From Obrimoposthia wandeli (taxonomy: Eukaryota), in NCBI GenBank assembly GCA_977020255.1, contig CDROCS010003797.1, positions 248,001 to 312,000 on the forward strand: a stretch of 64,000 bases of DNA, given 5' to 3'. A program made the translations under genes and the position numbers. This document shows, one piece after another, positions 12,142 to 21,709 of this stretch (position 1 is its first letter; each line of letters opens with the position of its first letter). The notes under the pieces were generated by a model. That model had not been told where the DNA came from. It saw only the letters and a program-made list of their open reading frames with translations, and did not search any database.

Positions 12142-12208
12142 GCGTCACTCTCTATTATTTATTGCTAACGTTATTTAATCAGGAGGATTATTTCTAGTTG
12201 GATATTAC

Positions 12209-12252
12209 ATTAGATACTGCTAATATAAAAGTATATTACAACTTTCTAATAT
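12209..12252. promoter_or_regulatory. Twin palindromic operator candidates (AT)ATTAG-N6-CTAATAT
   Basis: ATTAG-atactg-CTAATAT (12209-12226) and ATATTAC-aacttt-CTAATAT (12233-12252). Confidence 0.55.
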
Positions 12253-12313
12253 AAGATAGAAAGTAACAAATTGAGACTTTGACTTCGGTCTCACCGCTAA
12301 ACAAGGAAGCATT

Positions 12314-14899
12314 TTGAACTATCAACGCCTGTTAAACTTTGCCATTGCAAAGCCCAAAATTATCTATAGCTTAGTGTTGATGGCCGCACTCGTTAGTTTA
12401 GCGATGCTGCCGCAGATTACTATCGATACTGATCCTGAGAATATGCTCAGCCAAGATGCTCCTGCACGCGTATTTCATAATCAAATAAAAACTGACTTTC
12501 TAATGCGCGATATGATAGTCGTCGGCTTAGTCAGCGACACCAGTATTTTCACACCCGAAACATTAACCACCATAACGCAATTAACTAATGATATTCTGCT
12601 CATTGAAGGTGTCATCAAACAAGATTTACTCTCACTCAATGTCGTCGACAATATTAGTCAGTTAACCGACGAACAAGGCGTTAACCAAGGTGTTTTGTTC
12701 GAATACCTCATGAAAACTGCACCAACAACAGCGCAAGCAAGTGATGAAATTCAGCAAGCGGTTAAGCGCTTGCCTATGCTAGATAACACCTTGGTTTCTG
12801 GCGATGATAAAGCCGTTGCTATTTATGTACCGATTATCGCCAAAGATCAAAGCTATATCATCGCAGAAAAAATCCGAGCCTTGGCTGCTAAACTACCAAC
12901 TATTGAACAAAACAATTTAACTTTTCATATTACCGGATTACCCGTCGCTGAAGACCAATTTGGCTATGAAATGTTTGTACAAATGGGCGTTGCTGCACCA
13001 TTAGCCGGTTTAGCTATATTTGTATTACTGTGGTTATTCTTTCGAAACCTTGCCTTAATCATTGCGCCAATGGTAGTTGCAATGGCAACGGTTGTGATCA
13101 TTATGGGCAGCTTGATCGGCTTAGGATTTACCGTTCATATTATGTCTTCGATGATCGCGATATTCCTAATGCCCATCGCCGTGGTCGATTCAGTGCATAT
13201 TTTGTCTGAATTTGCCGATCGTTTTAAAAGTGGTGACGATGCAGCTAAAACCATCAAAAAAGTCATGGGGCATTTATATAAGCCGATGTTATTTACCTCA
13301 ATAACTTCTGCCGTGGGTTTTTATTCCTTAATGTTGACCCCTATTCCGCCAGTAAAAGTTTTTGGCGCCTTTATTGGCAGCGGTATTTTGTTAGCCTTTG
13401 TCTTAACCATTACGTATATCCCGGCTTACATTGCACGCATGAAGCCAGAAACCTTAGCTAAATTGCAACGTGCTGTCGCTTTAATGGAAGAAAAAGGCCG
13501 CTTAGCGAACATGCTAGAGCAACTCGGCATTTTTTCAGTAAAACGCAGCAAATTAATTTTAGTGGCTTTTATCGCTTTATTTGCCTTCAGCGTGGTCGGT
13601 GTTAATCGTATTATCATTAATGACAACCCAGTGAACTGGTTTAAGGCCGATCATGAAATTCGTCTTGCTGACAAAGTCCTTAATCAGCACTTCGCCGGGA
13701 CTTACGATGCATGGTTAGTTTTTAGTCATAACAATCCTCAACAGCAAGCGGCTCTCGATACTTTTACCAAAATCCTTAACACCGCCGATGACAGTCAAAC
13801 AAAAAGCACTATTTCACAGTTGTATCAGCAATGGCTAAACAACGATGAAAGTGAGAAAGTTAGCTTTTTCAGCCAAGAGTTATTAATAACAATTGATGAT
13901 TTTAGCTTTAGCGCTAGCGAAAAAGAGCAACCTTGGCTTGAACAACTCTATAAAGTCAGTGAGCAAGCAAACAACGACCAAAAAATATTTACTGATCCCA
14001 GCATGCTTAATTGGCTAGCAAAGTTACAAACAGCCATTGTTAATCAAGGCGATGTTGGCAAAATAAACAGTTTGACCGATATTGTAAGCACAGTGAACCG
14101 TGAACTAAACTCTGGCGACGATGAAGACTTTGCTATCCCTCAAAGCAGCAATGGAGTCGCACAAACCTTATTGCAATTTCAGTCTTCTCATCGTCCACAA
14201 GATTTGTGGCACTTTGTTAGTCAAGATTATCAACACACGCTTTTGTGGCTACAAATGAATAATGGCGACAATCAACATATGGCTAATGTGGTCAGTTGGG
14301 TCGACAACTACATCAATAAGAATCCACCACCGGTCGACGTTACGCATCAGTGGGCAGGTAAATCCTACCTCAATGTTGTCTGGCAAGACGCAATGGTTAG
14401 CGGCATGATCGACAGCCTACTGTCCTCATTTGTGGTGGTGTTTTTTATTATGGTGATACTGTTTAGATCGCTAAAATACGGCTTATTGGCCATGCTACCA
14501 CTCACCTTTACCATCACCATGATTTATGGTCTAGTTGGCTGGTTTGGTAAAGCTTATGACATGCCTATTGCGGTGCTATCAGCATTAACATTGGGGCTAT
14601 CGATTGATTTTGCGATTCATTTTCTGCAACGTGTACGTGAATTAGAAGTTGAGCAACAAAGCTTACGCTTAGCACTAAAAGCGATGTTTCAAGAACCTAG
14701 CCGTGCAATCACTCGCAATGCCATTGTTATTGCCATTGGTTTTACGCCATTGTTATTGTCGCCGCTTATGCCTTACATCACCGTTGGTTTTTTCTTGGCT
14801 AGTATCATGATTTTATCGGCACTAGTCACCTTAGTGTTACTACCGGCAATATTGACGTTATTAGCCCGTGGCAATGACATTAGCACAACGAAAATTTGA
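12314..14899 (+). CDS. MMPL/RND-superfamily transporter
   Basis: Two repeats of 1 TM + periplasmic loop + 5 TM. ITIDTDPENML, and conserved Asp in PIAVVDSVH and GLSIDFAIHF. Confidence 0.88.
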   Translation: MNYQRLLNFAIAKPKIIYSLVLMAALVSLAMLPQITIDTDPENMLSQDAPARVFHNQIKTDFLMRDMIVVGLVSDTSIFTPETLTTITQLTNDILLIEGVIKQDLLSLNVVDNISQLTDEQGVNQGVLFEYLMKTAPTTAQASDEIQQAVKRLPMLDNTLVSGDDKAVAIYVPIIAKDQSYIIAEKIRALAAKLPTIEQNNLTFHITGLPVAEDQFGYEMFVQMGVAAPLAGLAIFVLLWLFFRNLALIIAPMVVAMATVVIIMGSLIGLGFTVHIMSSMIAIFLMPIAVVDSVHILSEFADRFKSGDDAAKTIKKVMGHLYKPMLFTSITSAVGFYSLMLTPIPPVKVFGAFIGSGILLAFVLTITYIPAYIARMKPETLAKLQRAVALMEEKGRLANMLEQLGIFSVKRSKLILVAFIALFAFSVVGVNRIIINDNPVNWFKADHEIRLADKVLNQHFAGTYDAWLVFSHNNPQQQAALDTFTKILNTADDSQTKSTISQLYQQWLNNDESEKVSFFSQELLITIDDFSFSASEKEQPWLEQLYKVSEQANNDQKIFTDPSMLNWLAKLQTAIVNQGDVGKINSLTDIVSTVNRELNSGDDEDFAIPQSSNGVAQTLLQFQSSHRPQDLWHFVSQDYQHTLLWLQMNNGDNQHMANVVSWVDNYINKNPPPVDVTHQWAGKSYLNVVWQDAMVSGMIDSLLSSFVVVFFIMVILFRSLKYGLLAMLPLTFTITMIYGLVGWFGKAYDMPIAVLSALTLGLSIDFAIHFLQRVRELEVEQQSLRLALKAMFQEPSRAITRNAIVIAIGFTPLLLSPLMPYITVGFFLASIMILSALVTLVLLPAILTLLARGNDISTTKI

Positions 14900-14918
14900 C
14901 CGTACAAAGGAAGCTATC

Positions 14919-15758
14919 ATGATGATTAACGTAAATAAGTACAGCAAAAAATTAGCACTATCATTCACCTTGTTAATAATCGCTAATATTAGCCTGCATG
15001 CTGAAAATTTTTCGATCAAGAGTAATGACAGCACAGCGAAAGAAGTCAGCGATATTATTGATCAAGCTAACCTTGCCTCATATTATGCCGGCGAAGACGG
15101 CAGTGCAGAAGCGCGAATGATTATTGTCGATGAAAACGGTAATCGCCAAATGCGGCAATTTACCATTTTACGTAAAGATGAAAAAGATCTCGGTGATCAA
15201 CATATGCTGGTGTTTTTTTCTCAGCCGAGTAATGTCAAAGACACTGTTTTCCGTGTCGAAAAACAATTAGCAGAAGACGATAATCGTTGGTTATTTTTAC
15301 CCGCACTCGATCTTGTTAAGCGTATTTCGGCTGGTGATAAACGCACCTCTTTTGTTGGCTCACATTTTTACTATGAAGATGTTTCTGGCCGTAATCCGAT
15401 AGAAGATAACTTCACCTTAATCAGCGAAGATAAAGACACTTACGTTATTAGCGCAATCCCAAAAGATCCACAAAGTGTCGAATTTAGTCGCTACACGGTA
15501 AAAATCGATAAAAGTAACTTTTTACCGATGGAAACCACTTATTTCGATCAAAACCAGCAAGCGATACGCAAAATGACTGTGTTAGAAGTAAAAACTATTG
15601 ACGGTATACCAACAGTAATGAAATCACGCATTAGCAATTTAAGTAATAATAGTTATACCGAAATGCAATTTCGAGGTGTTAAATACAACCTTGGTTTACC
15701 CGATAATATTTTTAGTGAGCGTAGCATGCGTACACCACCGAAAGCTTGGTTAAACTAA
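14919..15758 (+). CDS. LolA-like 'outer membrane lipoprotein-sorting' periplasmic protein
   Basis: Signal peptide, RWLFLPALDLVKRISAGDKRTSFVGSHFYYED motif, LPDNIFSERSM C-terminus. Start chosen at the ATG after the AAGGAAG RBS (ORF track starts at 14868). Confidence 0.8.
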   Translation: MMINVNKYSKKLALSFTLLIIANISLHAENFSIKSNDSTAKEVSDIIDQANLASYYAGEDGSAEARMIIVDENGNRQMRQFTILRKDEKDLGDQHMLVFFSQPSNVKDTVFRVEKQLAEDDNRWLFLPALDLVKRISAGDKRTSFVGSHFYYEDVSGRNPIEDNFTLISEDKDTYVISAIPKDPQSVEFSRYTVKIDKSNFLPMETTYFDQNQQAIRKMTVLEVKTIDGIPTVMKSRISNLSNNSYTEMQFRGVKYNLGLPDNIFSERSMRTPPKAWLN

Positions 15759-15791
15759 ATCACAGCAAATAGCCGGAGCTGGTCGTTTAAA

Positions 15792-17222
15792 ATGATAAAT
15801 ATCAATATATTGCTCTTATCTAAGACACTCGCGTCATATCAAGCGCTAGCACATCAGCCATCGCTAAATAAGCAAAAGGCAGCTAAGTTTGTGCTCAAAC
15901 TTACGTTGCTGTGCACGCTATTATTTATCACCAACGTATCATCGGCAGCTAATAGTGAAGATAATCAGCAAGCGAATCAAGAGGATAGTTGGGCTGATGA
16001 TTGGGCTGAAGAAGAAACCCAATCACCATGGCAATTAACCGGTTTTGTCGAAGCGGGCTATGGGCAATTTTTACAAACTAACATCGTCAAAAGTTCGGCC
16101 TCATTAAATGAACTAAGAGCGAGAATTAATCTCGATTACAGTCATGAATTATTCGATGTTAGCAGTAAAATAGACAGCTACTATGACGCTGTTTTAACAA
16201 AAACCGTATTGCAAACTCGAGAACTCAGTATTAGTGCAAGCCCTTTTAGTTTCTTAGACATAAAAGCCGGTAGACAAGTATTAACCTGGGGCACAGGCGA
16301 TTATTTATTTCTCAATGATCTATTTGCTAAAGACTGGCAAGCATTTTTTTCTGGTCGCGCTGATGAATACTTAAAAGCACCGTCAACGAGTATCAGAACA
16401 AATTGGTTTTTTAACGCGGTGAATTTCACTTTAGTATGGACGCCTGAATTTACTGCCGATAATTATATTAACGGCGAGCGCTTTTCATTTTATTCACCGC
16501 AAGCACAGCAAATAGTGGCACCCGCGCAGGACTTCTCTGTTGATAAAACGCAGCGCTCACAATGGTCTGCACGCTTAAATACCCGCATTAACGATATTGA
16601 AGTGTCGTTATATAGCTATCAAGGCTCATGGCCAACGCCTGTTGGCACTCAACTATCAACAGAGCTACAAACAGAAAATACCCAATTAAGGCAAAGCCAA
16701 GGCTACTTTCCAAAGTTAAATTCTTGGGGCATCAGCGCATTAACGCCATTTCAAGGTGGTATTATCAACCTTGAATACGCAAGCTATAACAGCACCGAAA
16801 ATAGTAACGGACAAAACAATAACATAGCGAATGGTCAACATAGATTCTTGATTGGCTATGAGCGAGAATTAGCGAAAAACCTCACCGTCAGTATGCAATA
16901 TTATCTTGAGCGCACTAAGCATTACCAAGCATTAGTTGCGCATAGTGCAACCCCTGAACAATTAGTTGATGAAAACCGTCAGTTAGTAACCTTACGTTTA
17001 AGCTATCGCGCCTTGCGACAAACCTTGGTTTATTCCATGTTTGCCTTTTATTCACCTAGCGATCGAGACGGCTACTTAAAGCCCTCACTCAATTATCAAT
17101 ATAACGACCAATGGTTGTTTAGCACGGGGGCTAATCTATTTTTTGGCGACAATGATTATTCTTTTTTTGGCCAACATCAAGACAATAGCAATGCTTGGTT
17201 ACGTGTGCGCTATCAGTATTAA
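15792..17222 (+). CDS. Outer-membrane beta-barrel protein (DUF1302-like)
   Basis: Signal peptide, alternating amphipathic strands, KAGRQVLTWG motif, C-terminal aromatic residue (RVRYQY). Confidence 0.7.
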   Translation: MININILLLSKTLASYQALAHQPSLNKQKAAKFVLKLTLLCTLLFITNVSSAANSEDNQQANQEDSWADDWAEEETQSPWQLTGFVEAGYGQFLQTNIVKSSASLNELRARINLDYSHELFDVSSKIDSYYDAVLTKTVLQTRELSISASPFSFLDIKAGRQVLTWGTGDYLFLNDLFAKDWQAFFSGRADEYLKAPSTSIRTNWFFNAVNFTLVWTPEFTADNYINGERFSFYSPQAQQIVAPAQDFSVDKTQRSQWSARLNTRINDIEVSLYSYQGSWPTPVGTQLSTELQTENTQLRQSQGYFPKLNSWGISALTPFQGGIINLEYASYNSTENSNGQNNNIANGQHRFLIGYERELAKNLTVSMQYYLERTKHYQALVAHSATPEQLVDENRQLVTLRLSYRALRQTLVYSMFAFYSPSDRDGYLKPSLNYQYNDQWLFSTGANLFFGDNDYSFFGQHQDNSNAWLRVRYQY

Positions 17223-17309
17223 ATAGCACTTAGAGCCAAAAAAAAACCTATAAATCAGTAGATAACTCATCATGGAAATATCAACAAACTCAGCCCATAA
17301 TTTGACGTT

Positions 17310-17642
17310 TTACAGAAAAATAAAATAGCCCCAACTCGCCAACAGCAATAACCAAGGCAATGCTAAAAGTGCTTTTGCACCGTTTGCAGAACTGCCTGAT
17401 TTCACATTTTCAGATGATAACGTATCAGTTGATTCAACTTTCACTTTTGCCGCAACAGTTTTTTTACGTTGTTTATCCCGCTCGCGTGACTTCACCTTTT
17501 GCTGTTTTTTATATTCGCTAATGCCTTTTTCAATACCTTGAGCAATCAATTTCGTTTGCTCTTTCGTTTGTGCTTTTTTCTGCGTGCCCTTAGCAATGCG
17601 TAACGCTTCATTTTGTACTTCGGTTGAAACTTGAGCTGTCAA
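17310..17642 (-). CDS. Small basic protein with C-terminal TM anchor (DUF2956-like)
   Basis: IAKGTQKK...QTKLIAQGIEKGI...YKKQQK and LPWLLLLASW. GAGGAG RBS before a TTG start. Confidence 0.7.
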   Translation of the reverse strand: MTAQVSTEVQNEALRIAKGTQKKAQTKEQTKLIAQGIEKGISEYKKQQKVKSRERDKQRKKTVAAKVKVESTDTLSSENVKSGSSANGAKALLALPWLLLLASWGYFIFL

Positions 17643-17817
17643 AACTGCACTCCTCTATATTTTTTAATTGATTCTTTTTAATCGATTATTTTAATTGCTT
17701 ATATAATGCCATTATTAGCGCGAGATTTTAAGCGCAAAGCTTGCCAGCTAGACTTGGCTGCGGCAAAATACGCGCAACGACTTTATGGTCACAAAATTTC
17801 ACTAAAATAGGAAAATC

Positions 17818-18450
17818 ATGAGCGATTTACTGAGCACCGCGAAAAACCAAATTACACAAATGCTTTCAATGCAAGATGCCATGAATTCACGTGTCAGTGA
17901 AACTTGGCGTGATAATAATTATGAATGGTACCGTGCCATTTGGGTTGAATGTGCAGAAATGCTAGATCACCATGGTTGGAAATGGTGGAAACACCAAGAA
18001 ATTGATGTCGCTCAAGTACAGTTAGAATTAGTCGACATTTTTCATTTTGGCCTAAGCTTACGTTTAATGACTGGCGAGTCAATTGAAGCTATTACCCAAA
18101 CGTTAGCTAGCGAATTAACTCACAATAGCGGTGAGCAAGATTTTAAAATTGCCTTAGAAGCTCTTGCCTCTTCAGCGGTCACCGATAAAGCTTTTAACGC
18201 CTTAGCACTAGCTGATTGTATGCGTTTAATGTCGATGGATTTAAACGAACTTTTCCGTCAATATGTTGGTAAAAACACCTTGAACTTCTTTCGCCAAGAT
18301 CACGGCTATAAAGAAGGCAGCTATATCAAAATGTGGCATGGTGAGGAAGATAACGAAGTACTAGCCAATTTAGTGACGACCCTTGATACTAGCGCTGATG
18401 ACTTTCAGCAGCAGCTTTACGCTGCATTAGAAGCTAAATACCCAAAATAA
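17818..18450 (+). CDS. Dimeric all-alpha dUTPase
   Basis: VECAEM, WKWWK, ELVDIFHF, YVGKNTLNFFRQDHGY and EDNE motifs of the dUTPase_2 family. Confidence 0.85.
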   Translation: MSDLLSTAKNQITQMLSMQDAMNSRVSETWRDNNYEWYRAIWVECAEMLDHHGWKWWKHQEIDVAQVQLELVDIFHFGLSLRLMTGESIEAITQTLASELTHNSGEQDFKIALEALASSAVTDKAFNALALADCMRLMSMDLNELFRQYVGKNTLNFFRQDHGYKEGSYIKMWHGEEDNEVLANLVTTLDTSADDFQQQLYAALEAKYPK

Positions 18451-18463
18451 CAGCATGATAAAA

Positions 18464-18508
18464 ATTAAGTAATACATTAAAAATCAATAAATTAATGTAT
18501 TACTTAAT
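18464..18508. terminator. Perfect 17-bp AT-rich inverted repeat after the dUTPase gene
   Basis: ATTAAGTAATACATTAA-N11-TTAATGTATTACTTAAT. Confidence 0.45.
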
Positions 18509-18616
18509 AAAGATAATACCTATTTATCAATCTTTAGCTTCATCATGTTATCTCTGGCTCACTTTTTGCTTTATCTGATTAACTAAGATAAACGTCAAGA
18601 ATTTGAACTGCCGGAG

Positions 18617-19282
18617 ATGTATATGGAACTTATTCTATTTGCCATGATCAGCCTTGTTGTTATTGTTGCGATGCTTGCCAGTCGCTTGAACGATAATAGC
18701 TTTCCTTTCCCTTTCGATCGTAAAACTGCTTTATTTACTCCTGCAGAAAAAAACTTTCAGAACCTAGTTGAACAAGCGCTGGGGGAAAGGTATCGTATTA
18801 TCAATCGTGTGAAACTTGCCGACATCGTTAGTATTCGTAACGGCGTATCGAGCAGAGCTGGCCAAACCGCAGTAAACAATGCTAATAGTAAATATTTAGA
18901 CTTTGTTATTTGTGAGCGCGATAGCATGAAGTTATTGGGCGTTATTGATTTAGTCGACACGCAAGGCAAAGGTTATAAAATCAAAAAAGATTGGTTTGTC
19001 AGCGGTGCGCTTGAAGCGGCTTCTATCCCACATATTCGTATCAAGGTAAAACCTAACTACACTATTGATGAAATTCGTGCCTGCATTAACAGCCGAATAT
19101 TAGGTAATAATGCACCTTCACCAAAAATTAAAGGCCGAATTATTCCAGCGCCTTTAGTTAAAGCACGCCCGAGATCGTCAGGTGTATTATCTCCTGCTGC
19201 GGCACAAGCTATGTTACCAAAAGATAACGGCGCTATGGCCGGACAGCTGTCTTCACCACAAGTGGCTGCTTTACCACACTAG
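18617..19282 (+). CDS. DUF2726 domain protein
   Basis: N-terminal TM, LFTPAE, KVKLAD-like RVKLAD, LDFVICE motifs. Confidence 0.75.
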   Translation: MYMELILFAMISLVVIVAMLASRLNDNSFPFPFDRKTALFTPAEKNFQNLVEQALGERYRIINRVKLADIVSIRNGVSSRAGQTAVNNANSKYLDFVICERDSMKLLGVIDLVDTQGKGYKIKKDWFVSGALEAASIPHIRIKVKPNYTIDEIRACINSRILGNNAPSPKIKGRIIPAPLVKARPRSSGVLSPAAAQAMLPKDNGAMAGQLSSPQVAALPH

Positions 19283-19325
19283 CGTTAATGACTTAATACA
19301 GGTGAGTAAAACGTAAATTAAAATG

Positions 19326-19350
19326 AAGCAGGCATCACGTCTGCTTTTTT
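19326..19350 (+). terminator. Terminator after the DUF2726 gene
   Basis: AAGCAGGC-atcac-GTCTGCTT followed by a T-tract. Confidence 0.65.
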
Positions 19351-19445
19351 GTTGACTGCGATAAAAGATTTTAAGGGCAACTCGCGCTATAATTCGCGCA
19401 TAAACTCAGGCGAAATGTCTTCGCCAAAATTTTACAGGATTGAAG

Positions 19446-20159
19446 TTCATGAAAGCAGGCATTATTGGCGCAATGGAGCCAGAAGTTGCAATTTTAAAAG
19501 CTAAATTAGTAAATTGCCAAACATCCACGCATGCTGGATACACATTTTATCAAGGGCAATTAAATAACGCAGACGTCGTTATTGTTCAGTCAGGTATTGG
19601 TAAAGTAGCCGCAGCACTCGCCACGGCAATACTTATTGATAAATTTCAGCCTGATTATGTCGTGAATACCGGTTCTGCCGGTGGTTTTGAGCAGTCTCTT
19701 AAGGTTGGCGATATCGTGATCAGCTCAGAAGTACGATATCACGATGTTGACGTAACGGCGTTTGGCTATGAAATAGGTCAACTACCGGCTAATCCACCAG
19801 CTTATATTCCTCATCCTGAACTTATTGCCGCAGCAAAAGTGGGCATAAATTCACTTGATAATGTGCAAACGTTAGTGGGCTTAATCACTACAGGCGATAC
19901 CTTTATGACCAAAGATGAAGATATTGCCAAAGCACGCGCTAACTTCCCAACCATGGCAGCAGTAGAAATGGAAGGCGCAGCTATTGCTCACACTTGTCAT
20001 CAATTTAATACTCCATTTGTTGTTATTCGTTCAATGTCAGATATTGCGGGGAAAGAGTCACCTACTTCATTTGAAGCTTACTTAGAAACAGCCTCGGTCA
20101 ACTCTTCTAAGCTAGTCATTAGCATGTTAAATGCGCTAGAAGGGAAAACACTAAACTAA
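19446..20159 (+). CDS. mtnN: 5'-methylthioadenosine/S-adenosylhomocysteine nucleosidase
   Basis: GIIGAMEPE, SGIGKVAAA, NTGSAGG, VEMEGAAIA, RSMSD motifs. Start at the ATG of MKAG. Confidence 0.95.
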   Translation, partial: FMKAGIIGAMEPEVAILKAKLVNCQTSTHAGYTFYQGQLNNADVVIVQSGIGKVAAALATAILIDKFQPDYVVNTGSAGGFEQSLKVGDIVISSEVRYHDVDVTAFGYEIGQLPANPPAYIPHPELIAAAKVGINSLDNVQTLVGLITTGDTFMTKDEDIAKARANFPTMAAVEMEGAAIAHTCHQFNTPFVVIRSMSDIAGKESPTSFEAYLETASVNSSKLVISMLNALEGKTLN

Positions 20160-21139
20160 TGGAACATTTGAGTAATATTCTCACCAGTCCGAATATGTAT
20201 TCTGCTGCCGTCACGCTCTTATTGCTGATCGCTTTGAAAGCACTAGTAGGCCAGTTTATTACTCAACAACCCTTAGCTTTCTATAGTTTTTATTGTCAAC
20301 GCCTAGCCGATAAAGTCAATAAACTCAGCAGTAGTCCTCGCCAGCAAAACATTTCAGGCCTCATCGCCATCTTGGTCACTTTAGTACCCTTATTGGTTAT
20401 TTTATGGCTATTTGAAGCATTTATTGAGGTCTATTGGCTTTGGCATGCTCTATTGCTCTACTTAGCGCTAGGCAGCTTTGGTTTGAGTAAAAACAACAAG
20501 TTAGTGGCGCGAGATTTAGTCGCTAATAATAACTATCAAGCTAAACAAAAAATTGCTCCTTTTTTATTACGGGATACCGAGCCATTGTCTGCATTAGGCA
20601 TTAGTAAGGCCTGTATTGAAATGCAACTTTTGCGCAGTTCTCAGTTACTGATTTGTGTTGGCTTTTACTATTTAGTTTTTGGTCCACTCGCCGCGCTAAC
20701 CTTTCGCCTATTATTGGAAATGCATTACGCTTGGAATATCAAGCTTGTTCGTTTTGTTCATTTTGGCGCTGCCGTTCATCATATCGTTAAATTGCTGCAA
20801 TGGTTGCCATCACGTTTATTTTCCTTACTATTATTACTGGGCACGGTTGGACAAAACACCTTGCTTAATTGGCGCTTAATTCGCGGTAAGTTTTTTCAAA
20901 CTGATAACAATATCTTATTACATATTCTTGCCTTAGGCTTGGAAATAAAGCTCAGTGGCGTTGCCATGTACAATGGCAATAAAGTGCGAAAAATTAGCTT
21001 TAATGACCAAGCAAGACAACCGCAAGCGACCGACATTATTCATGCCAGTAAACGCATAAACTACGCGCTTTATCTGTTTATGCTACTGGTCATGCTGCTA
21101 GCTATAATGTCATATGCCGTTTCAGGTTATGGTAAATAA
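20159..21139 (+). CDS. CobD/CbiB-family membrane protein
   Basis: Multi-TM protein with LLRDTEPL and LLQWLPSRL. Overlaps the mtnN stop (TAATG). Family call from overall resemblance. Confidence 0.65.
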   Translation: MEHLSNILTSPNMYSAAVTLLLLIALKALVGQFITQQPLAFYSFYCQRLADKVNKLSSSPRQQNISGLIAILVTLVPLLVILWLFEAFIEVYWLWHALLLYLALGSFGLSKNNKLVARDLVANNNYQAKQKIAPFLLRDTEPLSALGISKACIEMQLLRSSQLLICVGFYYLVFGPLAALTFRLLLEMHYAWNIKLVRFVHFGAAVHHIVKLLQWLPSRLFSLLLLLGTVGQNTLLNWRLIRGKFFQTDNNILLHILALGLEIKLSGVAMYNGNKVRKISFNDQARQPQATDIIHASKRINYALYLFMLLVMLLAIMSYAVSGYGK

Positions 21140-21309
21140 CGCCCTAACTTAGAAATAATTAAATGTCTTTGTTATTCATGTAATTCAGGTAAACTGTTGC
21201 TTACAGCGATATAAAAACTATCGTTAATCAACCATAAAATAAGCAACAATAGGCTTGGGATTATTGCTATAAATACCCATTATTTGTGATGGCGTCATAA
21301 GGACTTACT

Positions 21310-21699
21310 ATGAAACTTATTAAATCTACACTGATTGTTTTATTAAGTATTTTTTCATTTTTTACTTTTGCAGCACAAACACCGCTTATTTCACAACAAG
21401 ATTTATTAGCGCTAATGGCGACACCAACTAACAACGTTTTACTGCTCGATGTTCGCAGCGCTGAAGAGTTTGCTGAAGGTCACATTAAAGGCGCAGTTAA
21501 TATCAGTCATGAGCAAATTAACGCGAATCTCAGTAAAATTCTTGCTTTTAAAGATCAAACTGTTGTCGTGCACTGTCGTTCAGGTAGGCGTGCGCTAAGT
21601 GCAGAAACTGACTTACGAGCTGCAGGCTTTAGTAATCTTAGACACCTTGATGGTGATATGAATGGCTGGCAAGCAGCTGATTTACCTCTGATAAAATAA
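21310..21699 (+). CDS. Exported single-domain rhodanese (PspE-like)
   Basis: Signal peptide, LLDVRSAEEFAEGHIKGAVNI, active-site loop HCRSGRR. Confidence 0.88.
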   Translation: MKLIKSTLIVLLSIFSFFTFAAQTPLISQQDLLALMATPTNNVLLLDVRSAEEFAEGHIKGAVNISHEQINANLSKILAFKDQTVVVHCRSGRRALSAETDLRAAGFSNLRHLDGDMNGWQAADLPLIK

Positions 21700-21709
21700 A
21701 CTAAAACAC

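Noticed and set aside
20159-21139. CobD-like gene as evidence of a cobalamin operon or riboswitch
   Set aside because: No other cob genes nearby, and it is coupled directly to mtnN with no leader to hold a riboswitch.
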